In this document: in pieces, positions 40,893 through 63,044 of the stretch | How positions within the stretch are numbered: the first letter of the stretch is position 1 | Layout: every line of letters starts with the position of its first letter | Origin: the human T2T-CHM13v2.0 reference genome, Homo sapiens | Direction: 5' to 3' (one strand) | Length of the DNA stretch: 64,000 nt | NCBI RefSeq assembly: GCF_009914755.1 | Contig: NC_060930.1 | The notes under the pieces: model-generated | Seen by the model: the letters and a program-made list of their open reading frames with translations, nothing else | Told to the model about the DNA's origin: nothing | Database searches by the model: none | Program-made: the position numbers and the translations under genes

Positions 40893-41540
40893 GTGGGGCC
40901 CAGCTTGTAGGGAGCATCTGTAACCTCTCCCCACTTTTCCAGCCTGGCCAGCAGCCTAATACCTTGCCACTCCAACTCTTCGCCCCTGCCATAAACTCCT
41001 ACTTCTGCCTGCTCTGTCCGTGACTGCTGTCCCATCACGTCCCTCACATCCCAGCCACCTGCCCCCTTCCTGTCCCCCTCAATTCACCTTCAATGTCCCT
41101 CATCTCTAATGAGGTGGGCCCCACCCTACCCATAACCTTCCACCGAATCCCTGCCCGGCCCTCCTCCAGCTTCCAGGGTTCTCCACCCTTCCCAGACTGT
41201 CCCCCTGAACTCCCCCTCCAACTCCTCCAATCTGTCACTGTGTTTCCAGGTTCTTGGCTCTTAGCTTCCTGCTGGGTTTCTCCTTCTTTGTCCTCTGGGC
41301 TGAAAGACTAGAGTTAATCTGTTGTCAGGGGGCCTGGGTGGGTGTGGGTGTGTTGTGGAGGGTGGAGTGGTTGGAACCAGCTAGTTACCTGGTAATCAGC
41401 TCAGGGATCCCTTGAGTTAGGGCCCTGGACTTGGCCAGGTGGGGAGCAGGGGCATAGATGAACCCAAGAAACCCAGCTGGAGCCTAGTGTCGTGGTAGAG
41501 CTGAGATATGCAGTCAGCTGATTTGCAGCCCTGGTGGCAG

Positions 41541-41726
41541 GTGGAGGAGGGGGCTTTTGTTAAAGAGCACTTTGATGAGCTGTGCTGGACGCTGACGGCC
41601 AAGAAGAACTATCGGGCAGATAGCAACGGGAACAGTATGCTCTCCAATCAGGATGCCTTCCGCCTCTGGTGCCTCTTCAACTTCCTGTCTGAGGACAAGT
41701 ACCCTCTGATCATGGTTCCTGATGAG
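41541..41726 (+). CDS. DEF6: DEF6 exon 3
   Basis: [16 protein letters not shown]...[12 protein letters not shown] |gtgagg; first tyrosine (Y133) of the ITAM-like motif. Confidence 0.95.
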
Positions 41727-43383
41727 GTGAGGGTGATGGCAGCCCCAGGGACTGAATCACTTGGGACCAGACCTAAGCAAAACCATGAATGAGACCAAAC
41801 CACCTTTGGTGCCTTCCCATATCCCCTTTCTTTCTTTACCATCTTCCCATGCTGGTATCTGTCCTCACCCAGCTGTCTCCAGATGCCTAGAACTGCCTGT
41901 GTCAGAGTAATTTTGCCTTCTTCCAGGAAAACTGAAATTACACTTTCATGAGGGTTCTGCTGGTCCTCACTGTAGGAAAATGATCTGCAAATTCTGTTTA
42001 CACAGAGGTCTAAATGCCAGATACATTACTGAGCATTACTGGCAATCTAGGAAGGGTGCTTTTTTTTCCTTTACCTTTTGCCACTTCTTCCAGGACAGGA
42101 AGGATGCTTTACAAGGCAAGGGGAGACCTTTCTGAGACAGGAGGTTACTCTGGTTCCAGATTTTCCCTTTCTGCCTTTCTTCTGGAAAGCCAGGACAAAC
42201 TCAGCTAAGAGACCCAGGGATAGGGCATCCTGGGAGAAAAGGCTGGGAATCTGGTCCCTATCTCCTTACTCCTGGGTGAAGCCAGGGAAGGCATTTTCCC
42301 ATCCACCTGTACCCTCCCTCTTATCCTCACTTCCCTCCCCTGCCCATTTGGCCTTGTGACCCTTTAGTCCTCTTGGTGGCTGTGGAGATGCCAGGGTGAC
42401 TTTAGGTCTTTAGAGTGGGGTTTACAGGAGAGGGGGCTTCTGTACTTACAAGAAGCCCTAGCATGTCAAGCTCCACTCACATTTGTCCTGGCTTCTGTTT
42501 GTGGGAAGGGTGATGAAGGGAACCACCCGAGCCCTGAACCAGTGCCCTCTACTAAACACCCAAACAAGACCCAGGATCCCCCAGAAAGTCCTAAACAGAG
42601 TGTCCCAAAAAGCTGCTGGGGCAGGTGAGGGACATGTGTCCATCTGCACATACACTTGGCTGGCTGCCCTTGTTAGACCCCTGCCAGTCAGGGCAAGGTG
42701 GCCTCGGAGGCCAGGAGGTTGTTTGCTTCTGCGATCAACATACAGAGTTAACAACTGCAGCAGGATGTACCCCAGCCACCACTTCCGGTTCCTCTGTAAC
42801 AGGTTTCCTGTCCCTGCCCAGCTTACCTCTACTCCCCACTCCCCAACGCCTACCCCTACCCCAAATCCCCTTCCTCTCCCACAAGGGAAAGATCCCCAGG
42901 GTTGGGGATTGGGGCTTGGAATAAGGACCTGAATGGGATTCAGGAGATCAGAATCGGGTTCTGGCTGCCCCCAGTTTGCTGTGTGACTTAGAGCCAGTCA
43001 CTTCCCCCTTTGGGCTTTTTTTTGGTCATCTGCAAAATGAGTGATTGGATGAGAGGGCCTTTGCACTCCCTTGACACTTTCTGTGATTTATTGCCTCTTT
43101 CTGGACCCCAGATCTCAGGTCCCCTTCACCTTGCCCTTAAGACAGGAAGGAGTGGGACTGGAGGTTGTGGACGGGGAGAGAAAACCTGAGTTGGGGTTGG
43201 GGCTCCAGGATCCTCTCCCAGGTCTTTTCCCTGGCTCCATAACATTCGGTCCTCTGGCCCCCTCAACGCTCTGTCCCCTGTTTCCCTCTGCCCAGGCTCT
43301 GGGAGCCAGATAGAGCACTCCCTGGTGTTGGTGCTGGCAACACCACCTGCTGCAGCTACCAGGCCTTCCTTCTCCTGCTCCAG

Positions 43384-43620
43384 GTGGAATACCTGCTGAA
43401 AAAGGTACTCAGCAGCATGAGCTTGGAGGTGAGCTTGGGTGAGCTGGAGGAGCTTCTGGCCCAGGAGGCCCAGGTGGCCCAGACCACCGGGGGGCTCAGC
43501 GTCTGGCAGTTCCTGGAGCTCTTCAATTCGGGCCGCTGCCTGCGGGGCGTGGGCCGGGACACCCTCAGCATGGCCATCCACGAGGTCTACCAGGAGCTCA
43601 TCCAAGATGTCCTGAAGCAG
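43384..43620 (+). CDS. DEF6: DEF6 exon 4
   Basis: ctgctccag| VEYLLKKVL...[11 protein letters not shown] |gtcagg. Confidence 0.95.
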
Positions 43621-43707
43621 GTCAGGCAAGCTGGGAACTAGGGGAAGCACACAAGGTGCAGGGCGAAGGGGGGCCTGGGAAGCCTCTGACGTAACTCCGG
43701 CTGGCAG

Positions 43708-43854
43708 GGCTACCTGTGGAAGCGAGGGCACCTGAGAAGGAACTGGGCCGAACGCTGGTTCCAGCTGCAGCCCAGCTGCCTCTGCTACTTTGGGAGTGAA
43801 GAGTGCAAAGAGAAAAGGGGCATTATCCCGCTGGATGCACACTGCTGCGTGGAG
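43708..43854 (+). CDS. DEF6: DEF6 exon 5 (PH domain)
   Basis: [28 protein letters not shown]...DAHCCVE; PH beta1-beta2 signature. Confidence 0.96.
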
Positions 43855-44329
43855 GTGAGGGGCAGGATGGGGGTGGAGGACATCTCAGGGCCCAGAGTGT
43901 CCTCAGGGGCATGAGAAGACAAGGGGGTCAGGAGAGGGGCAAATGGAGAAAAGCCACAGTGACACAAATTCCTGCTTAGATTAGTGTGACCCAAATATAT
44001 CCGGATGCCTCAAGGCCATTCTCATCCACGTCAGCACTTAAAACTAAAACTGCAACTCAAGCACCAAAGTAATTGGTGAATAATATGGAATTTGCTCAAG
44101 ATTTCAGAGGAAGTGGCTTATATCTATACTACACAGCAAATCTTTCTAAAAATCCCTTTTAAAGGTTTTTCTTCTTCACCCATATTCCATTCCCTTTAGC
44201 AACTCTGTACTTCCCTATTCTCCTTCCATACCCCTCTCCTCTGTCTTCCCCTTCTGTTTCCTCCCTTGTGTTCATCACTATTTTAGAGGCTTAAAACACA
44301 AGCGTCTTTACTATTTTAAATAATATGTA

Positions 44330-48250
<3,921 letters not shown>

Positions 48251-48972
48251 TAATTTTGTCACATAAGGTGTTACTGTGGAAAGGAGCACGGATCTACGCA
48301 GAAGTCCAAGCCTCATCACTAACAGACTAACAGTGTGAGGTGGACAATCCTGGAGCTCTTAGTGCCTCAGTTTCTTTCTCTGTAAAGTGGAGCTAATAAT
48401 GCCTGCCTGGCAAAGCTGTATAGGTGGAGTGAAGATAATGATGCATATAAAATACTAGTACAGACTCTAGAATGTGGTAGCTATTATTTTCCACAGAATG
48501 TAAACTTAATGGAGGCAGAGATTTGGTCTGTTAGGCACACCTTAGTATCCCAACCCCTGGAGCAGTGAGTGGCACTCAGTAGGCACTCCAAAAACATCTG
48601 CGGAATGAATGAATGAACTCTTAACAAGCAGGGCTATGTGGAAGTGAGTTGTCATGGATAGTGAGGACCCTGTTACTGGCAGTGTTCAAGCGTGATCTGC
48701 ATAAACACTGAGTGGCGATTATGTACTGGGCCCCGTGGAATAATAGCAAGATGGAAACGCACCCACCTAGCCTTCAAAGAGCAAAGGCTACAGAGTTGTG
48801 GGGACTTAAGTCCCCCATAACTTATGATGCAAGCCATGCAGGCTCCTGGCAGAGTGGGGTCCCCAGGGAAGATAGCCAGGAGGGCTAGGGGCTTGAGCTG
48901 GAGCACCCTTGGGGCAGGTGGGGCCCTGACCCAGTGAGGCCAGCCTGGCTGCGGCCACCTACCCTGTGCCAG

Positions 48973-49081
48973 GTGCTGCCAGACCGCGACGGAAAGCGCT
49001 GCATGTTCTGTGTGAAGACAGCCAACCGCACGTATGAGATGAGCGCCTCAGACACGCGCCAGCGCCAGGAGTGGACAGCTG
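48973..49081 (+). CDS. DEF6: DEF6 exon 6 (PH domain)
   Basis: [36 protein letters not shown] |gtgagt. Confidence 0.96.
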
Positions 49082-49189
49082 GTGAGTGCTCGCTAGGTGG
49101 CTTGGGTCTGGGTGGTCCTTAGGCGCCTCATCTGTGAAAAGGGGGTGATAATACTTTGTCCAGCGGGAGGTTGGAGAGTGGACTCGGGA

Positions 49190-49830
49190 AACTCCTAAGG
49201 CCCCTTTCGGGCCGTGTGCGAGGATCCTACTGACCCGCTCCCGCTCTTCGGCAGCCATCCAGATGGCGATCCGGCTGCAGGCCGAGGGGAAGACGTCCCT
49301 ACACAAGGACCTGAAGCAGAAACGGCGCGAGCAGCGGGAGCAGCGGGAGCGGCGCCGGGCGGCCAAGGAAGAGGAGCTGCTGCGGCTGCAGCAGCTGCAG
49401 GAGGAGAAGGAGCGGAAGCTGCAGGAGCTGGAGCTGCTGCAGGAGGCGCAGCGGCAGGCCGAGCGGCTGCTGCAGGAGGAGGAGGAACGGCGCCGCAGCC
49501 AGCACCGCGAGCTGCAGCAGGCGCTCGAGGGCCAACTGCGCGAGGCGGAGCAGGTGGGGTTAGCTCCCGGCGCCGGGGACGGGACCGGTGGGCTGGGAGG
49601 CTGGCCAGGGGCGGAGCGCCGGGGGCGGGGCCTGGGCAGAGGGCGGAGCTCCTGGGTTGAGGGGCGTGCACTGGGGTGGAGCTTGAAATGAGGGATTGTT
49701 GGGACAGAGTCCGCGGGTTTGAAAAAGAGATTTGGGATGGGGCTTCCGCCAGGGACAGAACCTGGGGCTAGGAAAGGGGTGTGGGGCGAGGTCCGAGCCC
49801 GTGGATGGATGGGGCCTGGTTCGGAGACCT
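49190..49830. promoter_or_regulatory. Intragenic CpG island over DEF6 exon 7 and the start of intron 7
   Basis: Dense undecayed CpGs extending beyond the exon; GC boxes ggggcggag and ggggcgggg at about 49607-49650. Confidence 0.75.
49255..49553 (+). CDS. DEF6: DEF6 exon 7 (end of PH domain, start of coiled coil)
   Basis: Branch point tactgac 49228-49234; [13 protein letters not shown]...QLREAEQ |gtgggg. Confidence 0.96.
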
Positions 49831-50605
49831 TGGCTGTGGGTTGGGGCTTGGGCAGAAGGAGCCGTTGAAGACCGTGTGATTGGGGATTAGACTGGACCAA
49901 GTTTGGACTAGACTTGAACTAAGTTTACAGTGAAACCAGTTTGAGAGGCAAGCGGGACGCGTATGGAGGCGGACTAGGTGTGCAGAGGCAATTAGATTTA
50001 GGATTTAAGAAACCTGGATCTGGAGTCAGAAACACGTAGATTCAATCCTAGCTCTGCTTCTTACGAGCCCCGTGATCCCAGGCAAGTTCATTTTACTGAG
50101 CCTTATCAGTAAAATGCTAATGCTAATAGAACTTTGCTCACAGAGGTACGGTGAGGATTAAATGAGGAAACACTTGTAGTGTCCAGTAACTTTTTGTTGT
50201 AATAATTGTAGTTATAGTCACATCCTTCCTAGCATCAGCCATGATTATAACATATTATTATATATTATAATAATTATTAAGTTAGTGCTAGGAAGGAGAT
50301 GACCATATTTTTATATCTTATTTAATTATATAATGTTGTTTAATTACATGTTATATAATTATGATTAAGGTTGGTACTAGGAAGGAAATAACTTGAGCCC
50401 GTTTCCCCCACGTGGCATCTGTTCACCGACCATTATCTGTTCCAGTCAGGCTCTCAGAAAGGGGTCAGATCAGGAAACCCCAACATGAAGGAGTTCCCCA
50501 GACCCTCACCCCTAGGCAGCTTAGCAACATGCCCACCCCCTCCTCCTCCGCCCCCACGTGCCCCTTTTGACCTGGCTCTTGGTCCACCACCTCCCCCCTC
50601 CACAG

Positions 50606-50772
50606 GCCCGGGCCTCCATGCAGGCTGAGATGGAGCTGAAGGAGGAGGAGGCTGCCCGGCAGCGGCAGCGCATCAAGGAGCTGGAGGAGATGCAGCAGCG
50701 GTTGCAGGAGGCCCTGCAACTAGAGGTGAAAGCTCGGCGAGATGAAGAATCTGTGCGAATCGCTCAGACCAG
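50606..50772 (+). CDS. DEF6: DEF6 exon 8 (coiled coil / DH-like)
   Basis: ccacag| [15 protein letters not shown]...VRIAQTR |gtaggc. Confidence 0.95.
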
Positions 50773-50900
50773 GTAGGCCTGAGGAACCTCTTCTGGTTCT
50801 CTCACCACCCCTCCTGGAACACACCCCAGTTTTCCTGCTTGCTGTGCACCTGCAAGGTGCCTTGGCACTAGAGGCTACACAGTACACACTCACCCGGCAG

Positions 50901-51099
50901 ACTGCTGGAAGAGGAGGAAGAGAAGCTGAAGCAGTTGATGCAGCTGAAGGAGGAGCAGGAGCGCTACATCGAACGGGCGCAGCAGGAGAAGGAAGAGCTG
51001 CAGCAGGAGATGGCACAGCAGAGCCGCTCCCTGCAGCAGGCCCAGCAGCAGCTGGAGGAGGTGCGGCAGAACCGGCAGAGGGCTGACGAGGATGTGGAG
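50901..51099 (+). CDS. DEF6: DEF6 exon 9
   Basis: [19 protein letters not shown]...RADEDVE |gtgagg. Confidence 0.95.
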
Positions 51100-51965
51100 G
51101 TGAGGCCTGGGGTGGGATGGGGTGGAGGCTGGCAGGGTGAGCTCATTAGGGCACAGGCTCTGGAGCCAGGCTGCCTTCCCTCAAACCCTGGCCCTAGCAG
51201 CTGCTGGCTGTGTGACTTTGGACAAATGCCCAAACTTCTTGGAGTTAGTCTCTCACCTGGGAAACTGGTAATAGCGTTGTTATGAAGATTAAATGAGATG
51301 ATACATGATACTTAGTACGTAGTAAGTGCTGAAGAAACATTTGCTGCTATCTTTGTTCACATCATTATTAATCTGGGGAAAAATTTTTCCTTCTACCCTT
51401 CCAAGCCCCTGTCTTGCTATCCTTGTACTTTGGCTCTACTCCTTGGAGCTTTAATCTCCATAAATTCAAACACAGAAATATGGAACATAGAAAGGGAAAA
51501 TTCCTCCATGATCCCCCCCACCTCACAACCACTGCTAATGGCTCCGTGAAATGTTGAACAGAGGTTCTTGGATTAGGTGCTGGAAAGGTGGTGTAGTGCA
51601 GTGGCTTAGAGCTCAAGTGTATCCCTGGGCAAGTCACTTAACCTCTTTTGAACTTTTTTGTTGTTAACTTCTGCTCTGGAAGTTAAATAAGATAATAAAT
51701 ATGCTTAGCACATCTTAGCTGCTCAATAAACGGAAACTATTATTATGGTTACATTTTATCTTTTGGAAGTCCATGAGTCCCATGAAATTGGAGGCAAACT
51801 CTATTCATGTATGTATTAATAACTCTATGAGCATATATGGTTTTTCTCTGGGGAGATGATCAGTAGTCTTGGTCAGATTTTAAGCAGCCTGCGAACCTGA
51901 AAAGATCAAGACTCCATGCCATGGATGATGGTTCTGATCACTCCCCACTGGCCCTGTCCCCACAG

Positions 51966-52056
51966 GCTGCCCAGAGAAAACTGCGCCAGGCCAGCACCAA
52001 CGTGAAACACTGGAATGTCCAGATGAACCGGCTGATGCATCCAATTGAGCCTGGAG
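51966..52056 (+). CDS. DEF6: DEF6 exon 10
   Basis: ccccacag| [30 protein letters not shown] |gtgaga. Confidence 0.95.
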
Positions 52057-52268
52057 GTGAGAAGGAATAGACTCTGGAGCTTTCCCTGGAGCTGGGAGGG
52101 AGAAAGGAGGGAGAAAGGTCTCCCTGGGAGACCTCCAGATCTCCCAGGGCCAGCAAAAGCAGGACTGGCAGTCAGGAGGCTCCCCTCTCCTCTGAGGGCT
52201 GAGGCAAGGCCCCTCGCCTCTCACCTTTGCATGCCTTTCTCCTTACTTGCCTGCCTTCTCTCTGCCAG

Positions 52269-52492
52269 ATAAGCGTCCGGTCACCAGCAGCTCCTTCTCA
52301 GGCTTCCAGCCCCCTCTGCTTGCCCACCGTGACTCCTCCCTAAAGCGCCTGACCCGCTGGGGATCCCAGGGCAACAGGACCCCCTCGCCCAACAGCAATG
52401 AGCAGCAGAAGTCCCTCAATGGTGGGGATGAGGCTCCTGCCCCGGCTTCCACCCCTCAGGAAGATAAACTGGATCCAGCACCAGAAAATTAG
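52269..52492 (+). CDS. DEF6: DEF6 exon 11 coding part (stop)
   Basis: [10 protein letters not shown]...DKLDPAPEN*; summed exons give 1896 nt = 631 aa plus stop. Confidence 0.95.
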
Positions 52493-52829
52493 CCTCTCTT
52501 AGCCCCTTGTTCTTCCCAATGTCATATCCACCAGGACCTGGCCACAGCTGGCCTGTGGGTGATCCCAGCTCTTACTAGGAGAGGGAGCTGAGGTCCTGGT
52601 GCCAGGGGCCCAGGCCCTCCAACCATAAACAGTCCAGGATGGAACCTGGTTCACCCTTCATACCAGCTCCAAGCCCCAGACCATGGGAGCTGTCTGGGAT
52701 GTTGATCCTTGAGAACTTGGCCCTGTGCTTTAGACCCAAGGACCCGATTCTTGGGCTAGGAAAGAGAGAACAAGCAAGCCGGGGCTACCTGCCCCCAGGT
52801 GGCCACCAAGTTGTGGAAGCACATTTCTA

Positions 52830-52835
52830 AATAAA
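52830..52835 (+). terminator. DEF6: DEF6 polyadenylation signal AATAAA (a second AATAAA at 52943-52948)
   Basis: AATAAA about 340 nt after the stop codon. Confidence 0.85.
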
Positions 52836-54139
52836 AACTGCTCTTAGAATGAATTATTGGCTCAGGTCTGTCCATCTCTCCTGCCATTTCCTCCCTTCCT
52901 CCCTCAAGCCCCGTTATAGGTTCCAAAGAGCAGTAAAAGTATAATAAAGTGGTTAAGAAAGACCCTGCAGCTAGACTGCCTGGGTTCTGAACCTGGCTTT
53001 GCTACTTACTAACTGATTGACTTTGGTCAATTTTCTTTATATCTCTGTGTTTCAGTTCCCACGTTGGTAAAATAGAGATAATGACTGTACTTACCATATA
53101 GGGTTATATGAGGATTAAGTGGCACACGAGCAAGCACCATTATTAGAATCAGCCAAAAGTGTTTATTGAGTGTCTACTGCAGTTTTCCAGGTTATTTAAT
53201 TCTCATGACAACTCTTAGAGCTGGAAATCACCATTGGCATTTTACAAATGGATGAATTGAGGTTCAGAGAGATTTGGCAACTTTACCAAAGCCTTTCAGA
53301 CTTGCTTTTCTTCCCATCATCTCTGACTCGCTGACCTTGTTAGCCAAGACAGAGATCTGGGTATTTAGGAAGATTCATGTCCTCTCTCTCAGCCCCCTCA
53401 TCCAAACCCCATCATCAAATCCAATAGACTCTCTCCTTCCTACTCTCCTATCTGTCCCTCCTTTTCCATCCCCATGGCTACTGCCATGGCTGAGGCCTTT
53501 GTGTTTTCTACCTGGTTGTTAACCTTTAACTCCTCCTCCGTCTTGCCCATCTCACCAAGTCCAACTGATTGGACTTCCTTGGTTACTCTCAGATCCACAC
53601 TTTTGAGGCCATGTCTGTCATGGCTACTGCCTTATTCTGGCTCTTGTCACTTCCCAACTAGATAAGAGCAGTAACCAGGTCTCCTTGTCAACCCCTCTCC
53701 CCATTGCCACCTGGATAGGATTTCTAAAATGCAGATTTGTCCTTCACTCTTCCTAATTTCCAGTCCCTTGGTGGTATCCTAGAGTTTTGATATTTAAATT
53801 CACATTCCCATATGTGGCAGATGAGGCCCATGGCGATCTGTCCCAGGAGGGCCTCCTATGCCTCTGCCTTATAGAGCTACTTGCAGCTCCCTCTAGGCCT
53901 CACACTGACTTCCTTTCCCCCATCCTTGTAACAGCCTTCATAACTAAATGCTTGAGCCCCTCAAGGGCAGGGACATATCTTCTTGAACTAAGAGCCACGG
54001 TGATTGGCTCTTAGAAGGCATGCAACAAATATTTGTCAAATACATATATGAATGAATAAATTCTGAAGTGAATAATTCAGGTGTCACAAAGCTAAAAAGT
54101 TATAGAGCAGCTGAAATTCAAGTTCATTCGTTTTCCAGG

Positions 54140-58066
<3,927 letters not shown>

Positions 58067-59534
58067 CTATGGAGAACCCACGAGTAGAAAGGTGGAGTGA
58101 GACCTGGTTATAGAGATTCTTGGAAGCTACGCAGAGTTTAGATTTGAGGTGGCAAGCCAACCTCTGAGCCTCAGTTTCCTCACTTGTAAATGGGGTCCAT
58201 TCCAGGCTTTTAAATATTCTATGGTGGGACATAGGGATGGATCGACAGTGGAGGCATGATATAGTGATATAATGAAAGGAAGATCACTCTGACACCTGAA
58301 TGCGAGCCATGATGGGACTGGCATGAGAAGCCATCAACCTTGGGGGACATTTCTAGGTGGAAGGAGAATGTATTTTCTAGTCTTTTAATTCCAGGGTGAG
58401 AAAATAACTCCTGTGTCCTTTCCATCACCCTGGACAAAGAAAAGTGTGTCCTGTCTCTGATGCCTTCACAGATACACATAAACCCTAGGGGCCATATGGA
58501 ATGCACAGCATTTGTGGTCCCACGTCTTCTCTTTTTCTGTGGCTTGTATGTGAGGATGGATGGGGAAGTGGGGCTGGAGTACAAGAGGCGTGTTAGCAAC
58601 TATTGCCAGGAGTCCACCTGGCCCAAGGGGTGCCTACTGAGTCGCCTCTCTAGTTCCTGCAGCAGAGGGGAAGGAGAGGGCGATGCCTGGCAGGCTGATT
58701 TCAGAAGACTGAGGAGGCCCCCACCTGCTGGCTAGAGGCTGAAATGGCTATGGAGAATCAAATTCAGAGGCAATCCAGCCTTCCCACTCTGCACTGTAAG
58801 TTGTTCAGGTACACAATAATCAGGCATCAGAGCAGGTTTTGGTAGCTGAAATCCCTGTCTGGTCTGGAACGGGCTGTAGATGCTTGGCAGGAATCAACTT
58901 TTCCCACTCTGAGCTGTCCCCCAGGGCAAATCTAGTCAAAATGAAGATTCAAGGAAGCTATTTTAGTCTAGGTTTGTGATTCAAGTAACGGAAACTGACT
59001 GATTTAAGCTGACTTAACTGACTTTCCAGAAAAGAAATTTATTAGTAGAATATAAGGGAGTACCTTAAATAATTGGGAGGTCGAGTGAGCTGTCTTGGAG
59101 GCTGTGTAGTCAGAAACAGTACCCAAATCAAGCCACACAACAGTTCTTGTGAACACACTCCAGCTGCCACCTGTGGGTACAGAAGCTGCTGCTTCCTTGG
59201 CTAATCTTACCAAATGCTGGATGCTGCTCTTACAACTGCTGCCCTGGCTGTCTCTGGAAATTGGGTGGAACTGCTGCTGCCACTCACCTGAATCAATTAT
59301 GTGTGCTTCCTGGTTCATCTTTCCACCTTCCAATACATCTGATTGGTGTGCCTTGGTCATGTGACTGTGTCCTAGCTGCACAGGAGGCTGGAAGAAAATG
59401 CCTGTAGTTCCAGCTACTCTGGAGGCTGAGGTGGGAAGATTGCTGCTTCAGCCCAGGAAGCAGAGATTGCCGAGATCACTCCACTGCACTCCAACCCAGG
59501 CAACAGAGCAAGACCCTGTCTCAAAAAAAAAGAA

Positions 59535-59635
59535 AGAGAGAGAGAGAGAGAGAAAGAGGGAGAAGAAAGAAAGGAGGGAGGGAGAGAGAGAGGAAGGAAG
59601 GAAGGAAGGGAGGAAGGAAGGAAGGAAGGAAAGAA
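59535..59635. repeat. (GA)n/(GGAA)n purine-rich simple repeat
   Basis: Direct observation, following an Alu monomer tail. Confidence 0.9.
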
Positions 59636-60489
59636 AATATATAGGGGAATGAAGTCAAATGTCAAACATCAGAAAAGCTCTTACATAGAAAATAATTTTG
59701 ACTTAGTTTACCTCCAATGGGTAGAACTAAGATTATTGGGTAAGAGCATCAGAGGATATATGTTTTTTCTTAATATAAAGAAGATTTTTGTTGTTCTTAG
59801 AAAATAGCCAGGCAAGGTGGCTCACACCTGTAATCCCAGCACTTTGGGAGGCCAAGGCGAGTAAATCACCTGAGGTCAGGAGTTCCAGACAAGCATGGCC
59901 AACATGTTGAAACCTGTCTCTACTAAAAATACAAAAATTAGCCAGTGTGGTGGAGGGTGCCTGTAATCCCAGCTACTCGGGAGGCTGAGGCATGAGAATC
60001 GCTTGAACCTGGGAGGTGGAGGTTGCATTGTGCCTAGATCACGCCACTGCACTCCAGTCTGGGCGACACAGCTAGACTCCATCTCAAAAAAAAAAAGAAG
60101 AAGAAGAAGAAAATAAACAATGTTTCTATTATGGAAAAAAAGCATGCTCAGAAAAAAAACATAGAAAAACAATAACTTGCAGAACCACAATCCAAAGACA
60201 GTTACTGGTAACATTTTTGTGTGTTTCCTTTCAGTTTTTTTGTTTGTTTGTTTTTGTTTATTTTGGAGAGAGAGTCTTGCTCTGTTGTCCAGGCTGGAGT
60301 GAAGTGGCACGATCTTGGCTCACTGCAGCCTCCACCTCCTGGGATCACGCGATTCTCCTGCCTGAGCCTCCTGAGTAGCTGGGACTACAGGCGCCTGCCA
60401 CTACGCCCGGCTAATTTTTTTTGTATTTTTAGTAGAGACGGGTTTCACCATGTTGATCACGCTGGTCTCGAACTCCTGATGTTAAGTGA

Positions 60490-60669
<180 letters not shown>

Positions 60670-60826
60670 TGAGTAGCTGGTACTATAGGCACACGCCACC
60701 ATGCCCGGCTCCTTTCAGTTTTTTTCCATGCTAATTTTTAGTTTTCAAAACAGTGTGATTTCACTCCATACGTATCATCATATCCTTTTCCACTTAATAT
60801 CAGATTATAACATTTTTCCACTTTAT

Positions 60827-61975
<1,149 letters not shown>

Positions 61976-62329
61976 CATATTACCAGCTCTTTTTAAATAT
62001 CATTTTTAATGGCTGCATAATATTCCATCAGAAGGATACAGCATGATTTACCTAAACATTTCTCTGTTGTTGGACAATTAGGTTATCTCCAGTTTTTTGT
62101 TGGTTTAAATAATACTGAATGAGCATTTTTGTGTACAAAGCCTTTTATGTATTTAGGATTATTTCCTCAAGCAGACTATCCAAGGTAGAATTATGCGTTC
62201 TAAATAATAAATATAGAGATAGGTATTTATTAGATATATTAAATTTCATATATTCTTAATATAAAAATGAAGTGAAAAATAGAATAACTTAACAGTGCTC
62301 CTTGAATTTCTTTTAGGAGAGGAATTGTC

Positions 62330-63044
<715 letters not shown>

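Noticed and set aside
43126-43842. 238-aa minus-strand ORF
   Set aside because: Antisense to DEF6 exons 4-5 in GC-rich DNA; no recognisable domain
48959-49900. 313-aa minus-strand ORF
   Set aside because: Antisense shadow of the GC-rich Glu/Gln/Arg coiled-coil exon and CpG island; low complexity, non-ATG start
59163-59179. Second CTCF-like motif (cccacaggtggcag, minus strand)
   Set aside because: Two core mismatches and it lies in probable old LTR-derived sequence; too weak to call
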